From IMG/VR virus record IMGVR_UViG_3300010391_000003: a stretch of DNA of 64,000 nucleotides, one strand, 5' to 3'. The first letter of the stretch is position 1; each line of letters starts with the position of its first letter. Positions 1 to 10,680 of the stretch are shown here, in pieces. Below the pieces are notes generated by a model that searched no databases, had not been told where the DNA came from, and worked only from the letters and a program-made list of their open reading frames with translations. The DNA comes from an uncultured virus (IMG/VR IMGVR_UViG_3300010391_000003). Its lineage: Duplodnaviria > Heunggongvirae > Uroviricota > Caudoviricetes. A program made the translations under genes and the position numbers.

Positions 1-3000
1 AAAGAAGAATTTTCTACAAAATTAGGAGAAGTAACTGCAAAGGGATTTGTTGTTCCTGCTCCAAGTGGAACATTACTTTTATCAACACCAGAACAAAGAC
101 TGGCAGAAAAAGCATTATTCGAAGCTCCTCCTGTTATAACTCAAAAAGAAACAGAACAATTTTTACCAACTTTTGCACCCTATGCTGATCAATTAAAAGA
201 AAAACCAGAACTTAAATTATCACCAGAAACATTGCAAAAAATGGCAGAAAGAAAAGAACAAGCAGAAGCTACAAAATGGTGGTCTGGTTTAAGTCCAGCA
301 CAAAAACTTGTTGCAACAGCAGATGTATTAATAAAAAAACCAATTTCTGGATTAGTTGAAACATTAGGAATAAAAGATACAGGAAAAAAACTCATAGAAT
401 CTCCTTTATTAGAATTTTTAGGAGATCCATTTGCAAGTCCAATGGAAGGAATAACTTTAAAAGAAACTTCTATTGGTGAAGGAAAAGAAAAAGTTACAAC
501 AACCTATGAGACTACTCCTCTCAAAGAACCTGAATCAAGGGGATTTAGAGATATTCCAGCAATGGCATATAAAACACTTGATATAGAACAAAGAGCAGCG
601 ACTCAAAAATTATTAGGAAGACCAGAAACTCTAACCGAATCAGCAAAATTAGGTTTAATTACAGGAGCACCATTTATTGGAAAATCTGAAAGTGCAGATT
701 TAGCAGCAATTTTGTTAGGATTTAAGGCAGCAGGAGCAATAGTACCAAAATTAACAGGATTATTAGGTTCAGAAGCAGTAGGAACAAAATTAGTCCAATA
801 TGCAGGAACTGGTCTTGTAGCACAACAAGTAGGTCAGGCTGGCATTGCAGCAGTCACAGGTCGTGAAAAAGAAGCAGCAACAATAGCATTACCACTCATT
901 GCAATTGGAGCATATGCAGGTAAAGGAAAAATTGGAGAAGCATTTAAATTTGAAGAAGCTACTGGAATAAAATCATTTAGAGAAATTTTACCAAGAACAG
1001 AAGTAAAAGAATTTGCCAAAGAGACAGGTGAAACTGCAAAAGCTGCAGGAAAATATGCTGCTAAATTAGTAGAACCAATAACAAAACCAATTAGTGAATT
1101 TGCAGCAGAAACAGGAAAAACATTTGAGGGAATTGGACAATATGTAAAAGAATTACCAAAACCTCCAATTGAAGATATTTCTAGGGGAATATCAAAAGAA
1201 TTAGCAAAGCCAACTGTAAGAGCCGAATCTGTTAAAGCAGTAGGAGAAGTTGTAGGTGAAATAAAGACTGATATAACAAAAGAATTTGTTCAACCAACTC
1301 GTGGAAAAGAAGCATTGGTTGCAGCAAAAGAAGTTGTTGGAGAATTTGGTGCTGAAATTAAAAAAGGAATTTCTCAACCAACAAAAGGAAAAGAATCAGT
1401 AAGAGCAGTTGGAGAACTTATAGGTGATCTTGATGTTGCATTACGTTCTGGAATAAAATCTGAATTTACAGAAATAAAGTCATTATATGAACGTGCTCCA
1501 TACAGACCTCCAATAAAAACTGCAGCAGAAGTTGCAGAAATGAAAAAATTAAGAATCAGAGAAATCAAACCTTCAGCAAAAGAAGTAAAAGGAGAAGAAA
1601 TATTAGAAAAACCTCCTGTAGAAAGTATTGTTGAAGAATGGTATGGAAAATCTGAAGGTTGGTCTCCTGAACAGTCTCTAATCAATCTTAAACAAATGTC
1701 ACGTGTAAGATTAGGAAAACCTTCTGAACCAACTATAGAAGTTATTCCCAAAGAATGGTATGGAAAATCTACTGAAATTGGATATGGAGGAGAATTTTCA
1801 CGTGTAGGAATCGGTGGAGCAAGAACAAGAATAGTTCTTCCTTCTGAATTAGCTGAACCAATAAAATATGACTTATCTGTTCCAGAGGTTTCACCAAGAC
1901 CAGAAGTTTTTCCATATGGAAGATCATCAGAGATTTCAAGAATTTCAGAAGCAAAACCTTCCGATGTTATAAAAGATATAGATAGTGTACTTGCAAAACT
2001 TGCAGAAAAGCCAGAAATACCAAAGCCTGAAATTCCTAAGGAGAAAATTGCTGCAAGAGAAGAAATAAAAGAAAAATTGACAGAAATAGGTCAAAAGGTT
2101 TCACCATCTGGAAAGGTAAAAATAGAAACAATATATGGAGAAGATTGGGTTGCTCTTGATCCAAAGAGTGCAGGAACTGAAGTATATAGGATTCTTGATA
2201 ATGGAAAATTGATAGCAGATATAACAACAAAGATTGAGGGAGAAAAAGGTGTTATTCCAAGTTTATTAGTAAGTCCTGAATTACAAGGAAGAGGAATAGG
2301 AGCAAAAATTGTTAAAGTTGCTGAACAAAACTTGGCGAAGCGTGGTGTTAAGGTAATAGAATTAGAACAAGTATTGCCTGATGCTGAACCATTTTGGAGT
2401 AAACACGGATATAAATTAACCGACAGAATAGATAGTAAAGGAAAACCAATTTGGGAAAAGAAATTAGAAGTTGAAATTCCAAAAGCTGAACCAATAACTC
2501 CAAAAGAAGTAAAACCTTCTGTTGTAGATAAAACTGAATTAAATACTTTGTTAAACAGAAAACTTGTATTGGAAAATAGAATAAAAAATAATCCAAATGA
2601 TCCTTTTATAAGAGATAATCAAATCAGATTAAATAAAATTAATGAACAAATAGAAAATATAAGAGGAAGAATAGTACAAGAACCTAAAGCACCAAAAGTA
2701 GAACCAATAAAACCAAAAGTTGAACCTTCTCCAGAAGTAAAATCAATTGAAGAACAAGCAAAGAGATGGAAAGAAGAGGAAGAAGCAATATTTGGAAGAG
2801 GAATTAAATTAGAAGAACTTGCCCCAAGACCAGAACCAATAAAACCAAAAGTTGAAATAGTAGAACCAAAAGTAGATATAATAAAAAAGATTCAGGAAAG
2901 AAGAGCAGCGGAAAAAGCAGCAGAAACAGGAAAAGAAATAGATACTGGAATGGGACAAGTATTAATTCTCAAGACAGAAGTAGCAAGACCTATTGTCGAA

Positions 3001-4005
3001 CCTCCAAAAGTTAAAACAGCAGAGGAAATAAGAATAGAACAATTAAAGGAAGCAAGAGACGCAGGATTACCACTATCTCAAAAAGACTTAGCTATATTAG
3101 AAAAATCTGAAGGAAAAATAACAGAACCTCAATTAAAAGTTACTGTTGAAAAAACAATAACAAAGGGAAGGGGATTTAAAGAACTTGAAAAGACTTGGGC
3201 AGAAAGAGAGCTTTCACTTGGAGAAGAAGCCAAGGGTGGAGCACAATTAACAAAGGAAGGACAAATTCTTATTACTAAACAAGTCACAAAAGAAGTAGTA
3301 AAACCAAAAGAAGAAAAATTAAAACCAATAAGCTTTTTAAGAATAGAACAACCAGAAATAACTCTTATTTCTACAAAAGAAAAAACAAAATTAAGAGAAA
3401 AAGAAAGAATTAAAGAAATTGAAAAAGAAAAACCAAGACAAGATATAATGTTCGCTATATCAACTGAACAATTAAGAGCACCAGACTTCTTGTCTCAAAT
3501 ATCTCAAGTTGCAGGTCAAAAAACTAAAGAAAAGGAAGTTTCTATATTGATACCAAAATTTAAGGAAGATATTGTATCTGTTTCTGGAATTAAACTTGGC
3601 TTAAAAGAAAAAATAAGACAAGTAGAAATTCAAAAAGAAAAACAAATCCAAAAAGAAAGACAAATAGAAAAACAGATTCAAAGAGAGGAATCAAAATTAT
3701 TATCACTTCCAAAACTCAAACCAAAAGAAGAGAGAGCTAAATCAGAACCAAAGGAAAAGAGAGGATATATATATAAACCTCGTGAATCTCCAATTTTTGG
3801 AGGAGCAGAGAAGATATTTTTAGGAAAACCTGTTAGTCCTATTGAATCACAAAAGAGAAAGACTAAAGAAACAAAAGAAAGTAAAAAGTTAGATAAAAAA
3901 GAATCTTTCGATTTCGGATTTAAAAATGAAGAAAAAAATTTAAAATCCGAAAAGAAATCTAAAGACACAAATAAAGAATCTAAAAATAAATTCTGGGAAA
4001 CATAA
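1..4005 (+). CDS. Giant E/K/P-rich protein (5'-truncated, open from base 1) with an internal GNAT acetyltransferase domain; possible virion/ejected protein
   Basis: Frame is open from position 1 (KEEFSTKLGEV...). GNAT motif A (LLVSPELQGRGIGAKIV) and the AEPFWSKHGY motif lie at about nt 2250-2415. Internal ~28-aa repeats (QPTxGKE..AVGE) and (W/P)YG(K/R)S repeats. Confidence 0.75.
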   Translation, partial: KEEFSTKLGEVTAKGFVVPAPSGTLLLSTPEQRLAEKALFEAPPVITQKETEQFLPTFAPYADQLKEKPELKLSPETLQKMAERKEQAEATKWWSGLSPAQKLVATADVLIKKPISGLVETLGIKDTGKKLIESPLLEFLGDPFASPMEGITLKETSIGEGKEKVTTTYETTPLKEPESRGFRDIPAMAYKTLDIEQRAATQKLLGRPETLTESAKLGLITGAPFIGKSESADLAAILLGFKAAGAIVPKLTGLLGSEAVGTKLVQYAGTGLVAQQVGQAGIAAVTGREKEAATIALPLIAIGAYAGKGKIGEAFKFEEATGIKSFREILPRTEVKEFAKETGETAKAAGKYAAKLVEPITKPISEFAAETGKTFEGIGQYVKELPKPPIEDISRGISKELAKPTVRAESVKAVGEVVGEIKTDITKEFVQPTRGKEALVAAKEVVGEFGAEIKKGISQPTKGKESVRAVGELIGDLDVALRSGIKSEFTEIKSLYERAPYRPPIKTAAEVAEMKKLRIREIKPSAKEVKGEEILEKPPVESIVEEWYGKSEGWSPEQSLINLKQMSRVRLGKPSEPTIEVIPKEWYGKSTEIGYGGEFSRVGIGGARTRIVLPSELAEPIKYDLSVPEVSPRPEVFPYGRSSEISRISEAKPSDVIKDIDSVLAKLAEKPEIPKPEIPKEKIAAREEIKEKLTEIGQKVSPSGKVKIETIYGEDWVALDPKSAGTEVYRILDNGKLIADITTKIEGEKGVIPSLLVSPELQGRGIGAKIVKVAEQNLAKRGVKVIELEQVLPDAEPFWSKHGYKLTDRIDSKGKPIWEKKLEVEIPKAEPITPKEVKPSVVDKTELNTLLNRKLVLENRIKNNPNDPFIRDNQIRLNKINEQIENIRGRIVQEPKAPKVEPIKPKVEPSPEVKSIEEQAKRWKEEEEAIFGRGIKLEELAPRPEPIKPKVEIVEPKVDIIKKIQERRAAEKAAETGKEIDTGMGQVLILKTEVARPIVEPPKVKTAEEIRIEQLKEARDAGLPLSQKDLAILEKSEGKITEPQLKVTVEKTITKGRGFKELEKTWAERELSLGEEAKGGAQLTKEGQILITKQVTKEVVKPKEEKLKPISFLRIEQPEITLISTKEKTKLREKERIKEIEKEKPRQDIMFAISTEQLRAPDFLSQISQVAGQKTKEKEVSILIPKFKEDIVSVSGIKLGLKEKIRQVEIQKEKQIQKERQIEKQIQREESKLLSLPKLKPKEERAKSEPKEKRGYIYKPRESPIFGGAEKIFLGKPVSPIESQKRKTKETKESKKLDKKESFDFGFKNEEKNLKSEKKSKDTNKESKNKFWET

Positions 4006-4127
4006 GATATAATTATTATCGTATTTTAATAATGTAGTCTGTATTAGTTATACTAACTAACTAATTATAAATAAATATATATACTTTTCGTATCATATAG
4101 TTATTATCTAATATAATTTGTGAAATT

Positions 4128-4421
4128 ATGAGAAATTTAATAACTGATAATTCTGCTGTAGCATATCTCTTACTTGTGGGTGTCGGATTGACAATAATCG
4201 TAACAGGAATTACATATAATTTTGTTTCTGATTTCGTAGATTACATTATTACAGCCATAAATGGATACGCAAATACTCCTCTTGCAAACCAAATGGATGC
4301 AGATAGTATTGAGGGGGGAAGTCTTCTTTTAATGCTTTTTAAGTTTATTTTGATTCCAACATTATTTGTAATAGCATATTTTGCATGGACAATGAGCCAA
4401 AAGCCTGTTAAACAATGGTAG
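4128..4421 (+). CDS. Small two-helix membrane protein with pilin-like (class III) N-terminus; candidate virion coat protein
   Basis: MRNLITDNSA|VAYLLLVG leader and two hydrophobic helices; first gene after a TATA promoter. Confidence 0.5.
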   Translation: MRNLITDNSAVAYLLLVGVGLTIIVTGITYNFVSDFVDYIITAINGYANTPLANQMDADSIEGGSLLLMLFKFILIPTLFVIAYFAWTMSQKPVKQW

Positions 4422-4427
4422 GTTAAA

Positions 4428-4706
4428 ATGAAAAATATAATTAAAGATGAATCTGCAATTTTAAACCCAATTTTAACATGTATATTTTCGTTGGCAATTG
4501 TTGTAATAATGTATTATATGTTTATGCCAATGTTGTGGTTTATATCAAACACACTCATTACAATTGGTGCACCTGCGGCAACAACATTATTCTATATGAA
4601 AGCAGCAAGATGGGGATTTTATTTATTTGCATTAGGAGCAATTATAGTTTTAGTTGCAAAGGTTTGGAAGAAAACACATGACACTGGAAGACAAAATATG
4701 TTTTAG
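4428..4706 (+). CDS. Small two-helix membrane protein with pilin-like N-terminus; candidate virion protein
   Basis: MKNIIKDESA|ILNPIL leader, two hydrophobic helices and a basic C-tail; same architecture as the upstream ORF. Confidence 0.5.
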   Translation: MKNIIKDESAILNPILTCIFSLAIVVIMYYMFMPMLWFISNTLITIGAPAATTLFYMKAARWGFYLFALGAIIVLVAKVWKKTHDTGRQNMF

Positions 4707-4713
4707 AGGATAA

Positions 4714-7700
4714 ATGAATTACAAAATATTAATTTATATTATAATATTAATTATTTTTATATCTTCTGCTTCAGCAGACTCACTTAATATAGATGGTATG
4801 GCTAATTCTCCAAACATAAATGGAAATATTATAACAGACACAAATAATTTCAAATATCAGGAATCTGGAGATGGTCTTTATAAGATCACATATGAAGAAA
4901 AGAAATTTTTAGGAATAACATATAGTTCAAGCTCAACATATTTCGGATTTGGTATTTCAGGAAAAATAAACAACATTCCATTTATTAATTTTCCTACAGA
5001 TTTAAATTGGAAACCTAAAAATATTATTACTGAAAATGATATAAAAGGAAAAAAATATATTCTAACACAAAGTGTTATTGATAATTCACTTAAAACAGAT
5101 ATTGATTTTTCATATGGTAAAACAAAAATAACTAATACATTTACAAATAAATATCAAGATAATATAACAGATTCAAAATTCTACTATTTCTTTACAATAA
5201 GTGACTCTGACGAAATAAAATATAATTCAAAAAATCTTAATAGAAATGCACATGAACGTGGTAATCTAAATAATATAATTCCACAATTTATGTTGAATGA
5301 TATATTGGTATTTAATTATCATGACATAATAAGCACTGGATATAATATTACAGACATATATATCATATCTGCAAAAGAACTTGGATTTAATTCTAATGAA
5401 AAATTAGTTACAATTGTATTTAGTAGAGGAAACAGAAACATAAGTGTTGGAGAAACTGTTGTAATAGATCCTTCATTAGAACAAAATGGTGGTTCAATAA
5501 CATTACGTGGAAATTATACATATGATTATGTAAATTTGACAAATGGAGGAATATTGTATGTAGCACCATACAATGGAACTGTTGGAAGTGGTATGCTAAA
5601 TATAACAATTAATTATGATTTAAATATAGATTCTACAAGTTCTATCAATGGAGATTCAGGAGGATTCAGGGGTGGTGCTGGTGGTAATGCAGCTAATTGC
5701 AATTTTGTTCAGGCATGGACAGGAGATGGTGGAATTGACTCCGCACCTGGAGCTGGAACTGGTGGAGGTGGAGGTGTGGTAGGTGAAATCTGTTCAGGTG
5801 GTGGAGGTGGTGGTGCAGGAAGTTATGGCACAACAGGAGGTTCAGGTGGATATGGTGGAGGGACTTTGCCTCCAGCTCCAGGTTCAGGAGGTTCAATATA
5901 TGGAACAAGTAATTTAAGAGATATATCAATGGGTTCTGGTGGTGGAGGAGGAGGAGGAGCAGCATCAGTAACAAGTGGATCTTCTGGCAATCCAGGTGGG
6001 GCATCTTTGACTATTAATGCAAGGAATGCAAACATCCAAGGCACCGTAACTTTCAATGGTGGAAATGGTGGAGGAGGAGGAGTTCACGCAGCATATCCCG
6101 ATGGTGGTGGTGGCGGAGGGGCATCTGGTGGTGGAATATTAATTAATGCTTCTGCAATTCTTAATATTAATTCTGGCACAATAATAGCTAATGGTGGTTC
6201 TGGTGGTGCAGGTGGGGCTGATTCGGGAGCAGGAGCATCTGGTGGTGGTGGAAGAATAAAATTATTTTTTGGTTTGATTACCAACACTTCAACAACAATA
6301 TCCGCAGGAACAACATATTATGAAGATACAAATAGTGTTCCAACAGTTCCAGTTCTAACAACACATGCAAATTATCACACTGGAGGAAGCACAACAGTAA
6401 CATGGTCTGCTTCTACAGATGCACAAGGAGATCCAATAACATACGATGTAAAGGTTGGAACAAGTAGTGGAGGAACAAATATTTTAAACTATGCTGGAGA
6501 TACAGATACAACTTCAAATGCATTTACAATGACACCACAGAATAACTACTATTGGTCTGTAAGAGCATGTGATTTAATTGCATGTTCAGCATATGCAACA
6601 GAAAGTAGTTTTTTGTTTACAAATAGTGTTCCAACAGTTCCAGTTCTTACAACACACGCGAACTATCATAATCCCATTACAACAACTGTAAATTGGTCTG
6701 TTTCTACAGATACAGATAGTGATACTATTACATATTACTATAATATTGGAACATCTTCAGGAGGAACAAATGTAGCTAATAACTTATCAGCAAGTACAAC
6801 AGGTTCTATAGGATTTTTATTGGTTGTCCCAAATACATATTACTGGAAAGCAAGAGCTTGTGATTCATATGGATGTTCGTCATATGCTTCAGAAAGTACA
6901 TTTATATTTACTAATAATTTACCGTCAGTTCCAGTAATTACAAACCCCATAAATAATACTGTAAGTTATATAAATACAACAACAAACATTAATTGGACAC
7001 AATCAACAGATGCAGACGGAGATTCAGTAAATTATACGTGGCAATTTTCAAATGTATCTAATTTTGCGTATATACTAAATACATCTACAACTGCAAATTT
7101 ATATTCTGGGAATATAACATATGCTTTATGGAGTCAATATTATGTAAGAGTTAAGGCAAATGATAATAAAAGTTATTCTTCAGATTATAGCTCAGTTGTA
7201 AACTTTACTTCTGCAAGATTATTTATTATGTTGACTCCAGAAAATGGTTCTACATCTATTCCTAATTATGTAAATTTAACATGGACAGAATTCCCAAAAA
7301 TTGCGCCATATTCTTATGAAATTGGAACAGATCCAACATTCTCAACAACACTTTCTTCAGGTTCTACAACAAACTTTTTTACAGACAATTTTAACTTGGT
7401 AATAAACACAAAATATTATTGGAGAGTAAAGAATGCAACATCAGGATTTACTACTGTATTCAATTTTACAACAGCAGCAACATCTTCTATTCCTGGAGGA
7501 TATAACATATCAGTATTTGATGAAAACAACTTATCAAAAGTCATATTAAATTTCACTGCACAAGTATATAATACAACTTCTGTTGTTACAGTTTCGACTA
7601 CAACAGGATGGGCAAACTTTACTGGAAATCAATTGATAAATTCAGAATATCTAATAATTGTGACTCCAGAAGGTTCATTCAGCAATTATTATCCAAGAAT

Positions 7701-8631
7701 GGTGTTATCAACAAGTCCAAATAATGTAACAATGTATGTTCCAAACGGAACGTCGCCAAATAATATTAATCTTGTAACATTTAGTTTATTAGATGTTACT
7801 GGAAGATTTCCATACAAAACTTCAATTTTAACAGTTACTAAAGGCGGACTTGTTATAGAAAAGTCATACTTTTCGGTAGATGGAACTCATTCAGTATATT
7901 TATTACAAAATAATAATTACCAATTAAGTGTTCAAAATGGAAGTAATATATTTGTCGGAAATAATTTTATATCAACAGGAACTGGAACATCTACAATAAC
8001 AATAAATGATTTTTCGGTAAATACAATAAGTCTAAATCCATTTATTTATAATATTACATATAATCCATCTCAAATAATTCTTAATTGGAATGATGTTGGT
8101 GGAGTTTTATCACAATTAAACTTTACAGTTCATCAAGGAACTTCATTTTTAGAATATTGTCAGCAAACTACAAGTCTTTCTGTAGGTCAAATTGTGTGTG
8201 GAATTGACAATACAACACAATATCATGTTATATTTTCAGCTTCTATAACTGATGGAACATTCCAGAATACATCCTTTGTTGTAGATTACACATATGGAAA
8301 AAGAAAGTCTTCACAAGGAACATCTACAGTTGATGGATCTCCAATAGGAATTGGGTTTGTTTGGAATTATGGGACATTTACAATGCCAGATTGGGTATAT
8401 AATTGGGGTTCTCTAATATTAGTTATTTTACTTGCAGGAAGCTTTGGTGGATATCATAGTGGATTTGGGGGAATAATAACTATTTTTATAGCATTATTAC
8501 TTGAATTAAAAGGATTATTTAGACCACTTGGAGACAATGATCCAGATAATTTAATAACTATGGGTATAACAGGTGGATTATTCTTATTGGCTATTGCTTA
8601 TTATCTCCAACATAAGGATCGTGGAGGCTAA
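4714..8631 (+). CDS. Large surface glycoprotein / adhesin (signal peptide, Gly-rich region, FN3-like repeats, C-terminal TM helices)
   Basis: Signal peptide (ISSASA|D), VIDP motif, GGGGG-rich region, repeats TNSVPTVPVLT...YYW.xRACD, abundant N-x-S/T sequons, hydrophobic C-terminal segments. Confidence 0.75.
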   Translation: MNYKILIYIIILIIFISSASADSLNIDGMANSPNINGNIITDTNNFKYQESGDGLYKITYEEKKFLGITYSSSSTYFGFGISGKINNIPFINFPTDLNWKPKNIITENDIKGKKYILTQSVIDNSLKTDIDFSYGKTKITNTFTNKYQDNITDSKFYYFFTISDSDEIKYNSKNLNRNAHERGNLNNIIPQFMLNDILVFNYHDIISTGYNITDIYIISAKELGFNSNEKLVTIVFSRGNRNISVGETVVIDPSLEQNGGSITLRGNYTYDYVNLTNGGILYVAPYNGTVGSGMLNITINYDLNIDSTSSINGDSGGFRGGAGGNAANCNFVQAWTGDGGIDSAPGAGTGGGGGVVGEICSGGGGGGAGSYGTTGGSGGYGGGTLPPAPGSGGSIYGTSNLRDISMGSGGGGGGGAASVTSGSSGNPGGASLTINARNANIQGTVTFNGGNGGGGGVHAAYPDGGGGGGASGGGILINASAILNINSGTIIANGGSGGAGGADSGAGASGGGGRIKLFFGLITNTSTTISAGTTYYEDTNSVPTVPVLTTHANYHTGGSTTVTWSASTDAQGDPITYDVKVGTSSGGTNILNYAGDTDTTSNAFTMTPQNNYYWSVRACDLIACSAYATESSFLFTNSVPTVPVLTTHANYHNPITTTVNWSVSTDTDSDTITYYYNIGTSSGGTNVANNLSASTTGSIGFLLVVPNTYYWKARACDSYGCSSYASESTFIFTNNLPSVPVITNPINNTVSYINTTTNINWTQSTDADGDSVNYTWQFSNVSNFAYILNTSTTANLYSGNITYALWSQYYVRVKANDNKSYSSDYSSVVNFTSARLFIMLTPENGSTSIPNYVNLTWTEFPKIAPYSYEIGTDPTFSTTLSSGSTTNFFTDNFNLVINTKYYWRVKNATSGFTTVFNFTTAATSSIPGGYNISVFDENNLSKVILNFTAQVYNTTSVVTVSTTTGWANFTGNQLINSEYLIIVTPEGSFSNYYPRMVLSTSPNNVTMYVPNGTSPNNINLVTFSLLDVTGRFPYKTSILTVTKGGLVIEKSYFSVDGTHSVYLLQNNNYQLSVQNGSNIFVGNNFISTGTGTSTITINDFSVNTISLNPFIYNITYNPSQIILNWNDVGGVLSQLNFTVHQGTSFLEYCQQTTSLSVGQIVCGIDNTTQYHVIFSASITDGTFQNTSFVVDYTYGKRKSSQGTSTVDGSPIGIGFVWNYGTFTMPDWVYNWGSLILVILLAGSFGGYHSGFGGIITIFIALLLELKGLFRPLGDNDPDNLITMGITGGLFLLAIAYYLQHKDRGG
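6328..6910 (+). repeat. Tandem ~291-bp (97-aa) FN3-like domain repeats inside the adhesin gene
   Basis: ACAAATAGTGTTCCAACAGTTCCAGTTCT occurs at 6328 and 6619; a third diverged unit follows. Confidence 0.8.
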
Positions 8632-8635
8632 TTAT

Positions 8636-9295
8636 ATGGTAGGAAAGAAAGAAGTTTATGGAGATTTTGAATTTATTCCTATAAATTGTAATTGTCCTTG
8701 TCATAGTTTAATAAATCTAAATAAAAAAAGATTCAAAGAATATGAAAATTATGGTTATCCTAAATTTATAAATGGACATTGGATAAGAACAGAAGAAGCA
8801 AAATTTAAACATCTAGAAAAAAATGGATTTAAAAAAAATTTTCATCCTTGGAATTTTGATCTTGATAAAGAAATAGATAAAAGAATAAAAACTATATCAG
8901 AAAAACTTAAAGGAAGAACCCTTTCAGAAGATCATATACAACACTTAAGAGAAAATCATTGGGATAATTCTAAAGAAAACAATCCAAATTGGAATGGTGG
9001 CATCTCTTTTGGTCAATATTGTCCTAAATTCAACAACATCAAGAAAGAAGAAATCAGAAATCTTTATAGTAGAAAATGTGTCTTATGTGAAAAACTAGAA
9101 TCAGAAAATCTTACCAAGAAAGGAAAACTTATAAAATTACATGTTCATCACATAGACTACAACAAAGATCAAGGATGTGAAAAACATCAGTGGAGATTAG
9201 TTCCTTTATGTTTGAGTTGTCATATGAAAACTAATAATGGAAATAGAAATGAATGGGAGAATAAAATTAAAAATGTAATAAAAATTGGTGAATAA
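8636..9295 (+). CDS. Free-standing HNH homing endonuclease
   Basis: N-terminal IPINCNCPC...FINGH, NUMOD3-like KGRTLSEDH, NPNWNGG, CVLC...LHVHHIDYNK...LCLSCHMKTN; ATG 8636 is the likely start. Confidence 0.85.
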   Translation: MVGKKEVYGDFEFIPINCNCPCHSLINLNKKRFKEYENYGYPKFINGHWIRTEEAKFKHLEKNGFKKNFHPWNFDLDKEIDKRIKTISEKLKGRTLSEDHIQHLRENHWDNSKENNPNWNGGISFGQYCPKFNNIKKEEIRNLYSRKCVLCEKLESENLTKKGKLIKLHVHHIDYNKDQGCEKHQWRLVPLCLSCHMKTNNGNRNEWENKIKNVIKIGE

Positions 9296-9298
9296 ATT

Positions 9299-9691
9299 AT
9301 GTCAATGATGAGCTATAAAGCAACAATGTTTATGATATTCTTTAACTATTCTATGTTAATTGCAAACTATATTGGAAGTGTCGTGTTTCCAGGAAGTCAA
9401 GAAGTACAAACTGCAACTGGTATAGAAGCATTAATTAATTCAATGTCTGATATGATAACATCACTATTACTTACAGCAGGTGTGCTCGCATTATTTGCTT
9501 TCTCATTATTGATTCCTACAATACCATTTGTTATCGGATTTTTTGCATTATCCTCTGTTGTGACAGTAATATACATTACACAACTTCCACTTCCTGATGT
9601 TTTTAAAGCTCCAATTATTATGGGAGTTGCAATTGTATATTATATGGGAATCGCCCAATATTCAGCAAGAAGCACTTTCCAGGGGTCTTAG
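9299..9691 (+). CDS. Multi-pass membrane protein (structural module)
   Basis: About four hydrophobic segments; tightly coupled to neighbours. Confidence 0.65.
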   Translation: MSMMSYKATMFMIFFNYSMLIANYIGSVVFPGSQEVQTATGIEALINSMSDMITSLLLTAGVLALFAFSLLIPTIPFVIGFFALSSVVTVIYITQLPLPDVFKAPIIMGVAIVYYMGIAQYSARSTFQGS

Positions 9692-10462
9692 ATGAAATAT
9701 TATCCTTTATTAAAAATAGTTGTCGTAATGATTTTGTTAGGACTCTTAATTAGTCCTACTGAAGCAGTAATATCAACCTCAAGTGTGAATCCTACTAAAA
9801 TATTCAAATGTCAACCTGCAACTATTGCAGCAACATTTAGCGATGCTGGAATTTCTTCTGTTAATGCGACATTAAGTTCTACAGTTATGGTTGTTCCAGA
9901 TTGGAGTCAAAATAGTAATGTTCCAACAACACAATCTACAACAATTAACATGTCATACAATGGAACATATTGGGTAGGAACTTTTGGAAATAATGCCGCA
10001 TTACTCTGGGGAAACAGAGCAATAACATATACTATTACAAACGAAGGTGTAAATTCATATCTGTCTTCTTCGACTGTGTTTGTATATTCTGATGTTTGTG
10101 TGGGAACAGGTGTGACAAATTATACACAAGTTTCATCTGGTCTTGGTAAATATACCCGAATGCTATATAATGGTCAATTTGATTTCTTTGGAACTTCTCT
10201 TGATACATCCATAATTGGATGGGCATTATATCCATGGATAGAATATTGGGGAATGTTATTCTATTTAATGGTAATATTTATAATATGCTCAACAATATAT
10301 TTGAAAACCCAAAATGTTATACAACCCTTGGTAATAGGAGTGTTATTGTTGTTGATTTTTGCTGGAACTTCTGCAATAGACGAAATATATAGACAATGGA
10401 TAATATTTATTTTGGCACTCTTAATGGCTGCAATATATTATCGTGTGTTTGTTCGCGATTAA
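9692..10462 (+). CDS. Signal-peptide membrane protein with extracellular beta domain and C-terminal TM helices
   Basis: Signal peptide, N-glycosylation sequons, three C-terminal hydrophobic helices. Confidence 0.65.
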   Translation: MKYYPLLKIVVVMILLGLLISPTEAVISTSSVNPTKIFKCQPATIAATFSDAGISSVNATLSSTVMVVPDWSQNSNVPTTQSTTINMSYNGTYWVGTFGNNAALLWGNRAITYTITNEGVNSYLSSSTVFVYSDVCVGTGVTNYTQVSSGLGKYTRMLYNGQFDFFGTSLDTSIIGWALYPWIEYWGMLFYLMVIFIICSTIYLKTQNVIQPLVIGVLLLLIFAGTSAIDEIYRQWIIFILALLMAAIYYRVFVRD

Positions 10463-10680
10463 TTCAATAATATAAGATAGAAGATAAAATATGAACAAGA
10501 AAGAAATATTATACAAATTAGATGAAAATTCAGAAGATATAAAGAAAGAATATATAAAAAATATTCTTTCAAAAGAACTAAGAAGAAAAATGAAAAAGTC
10601 AAATAAATACAACACAAATATATATAAACAAATTAAGTTTATATATACATAGGTATTAATTAGTATCTCGTGAGTTATTT

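Noticed and set aside
5660..6260. GC-rich GGT/GGA tract as a foreign island or DNA repeat
   Set aside because: Explained by poly-Gly coding in the adhesin
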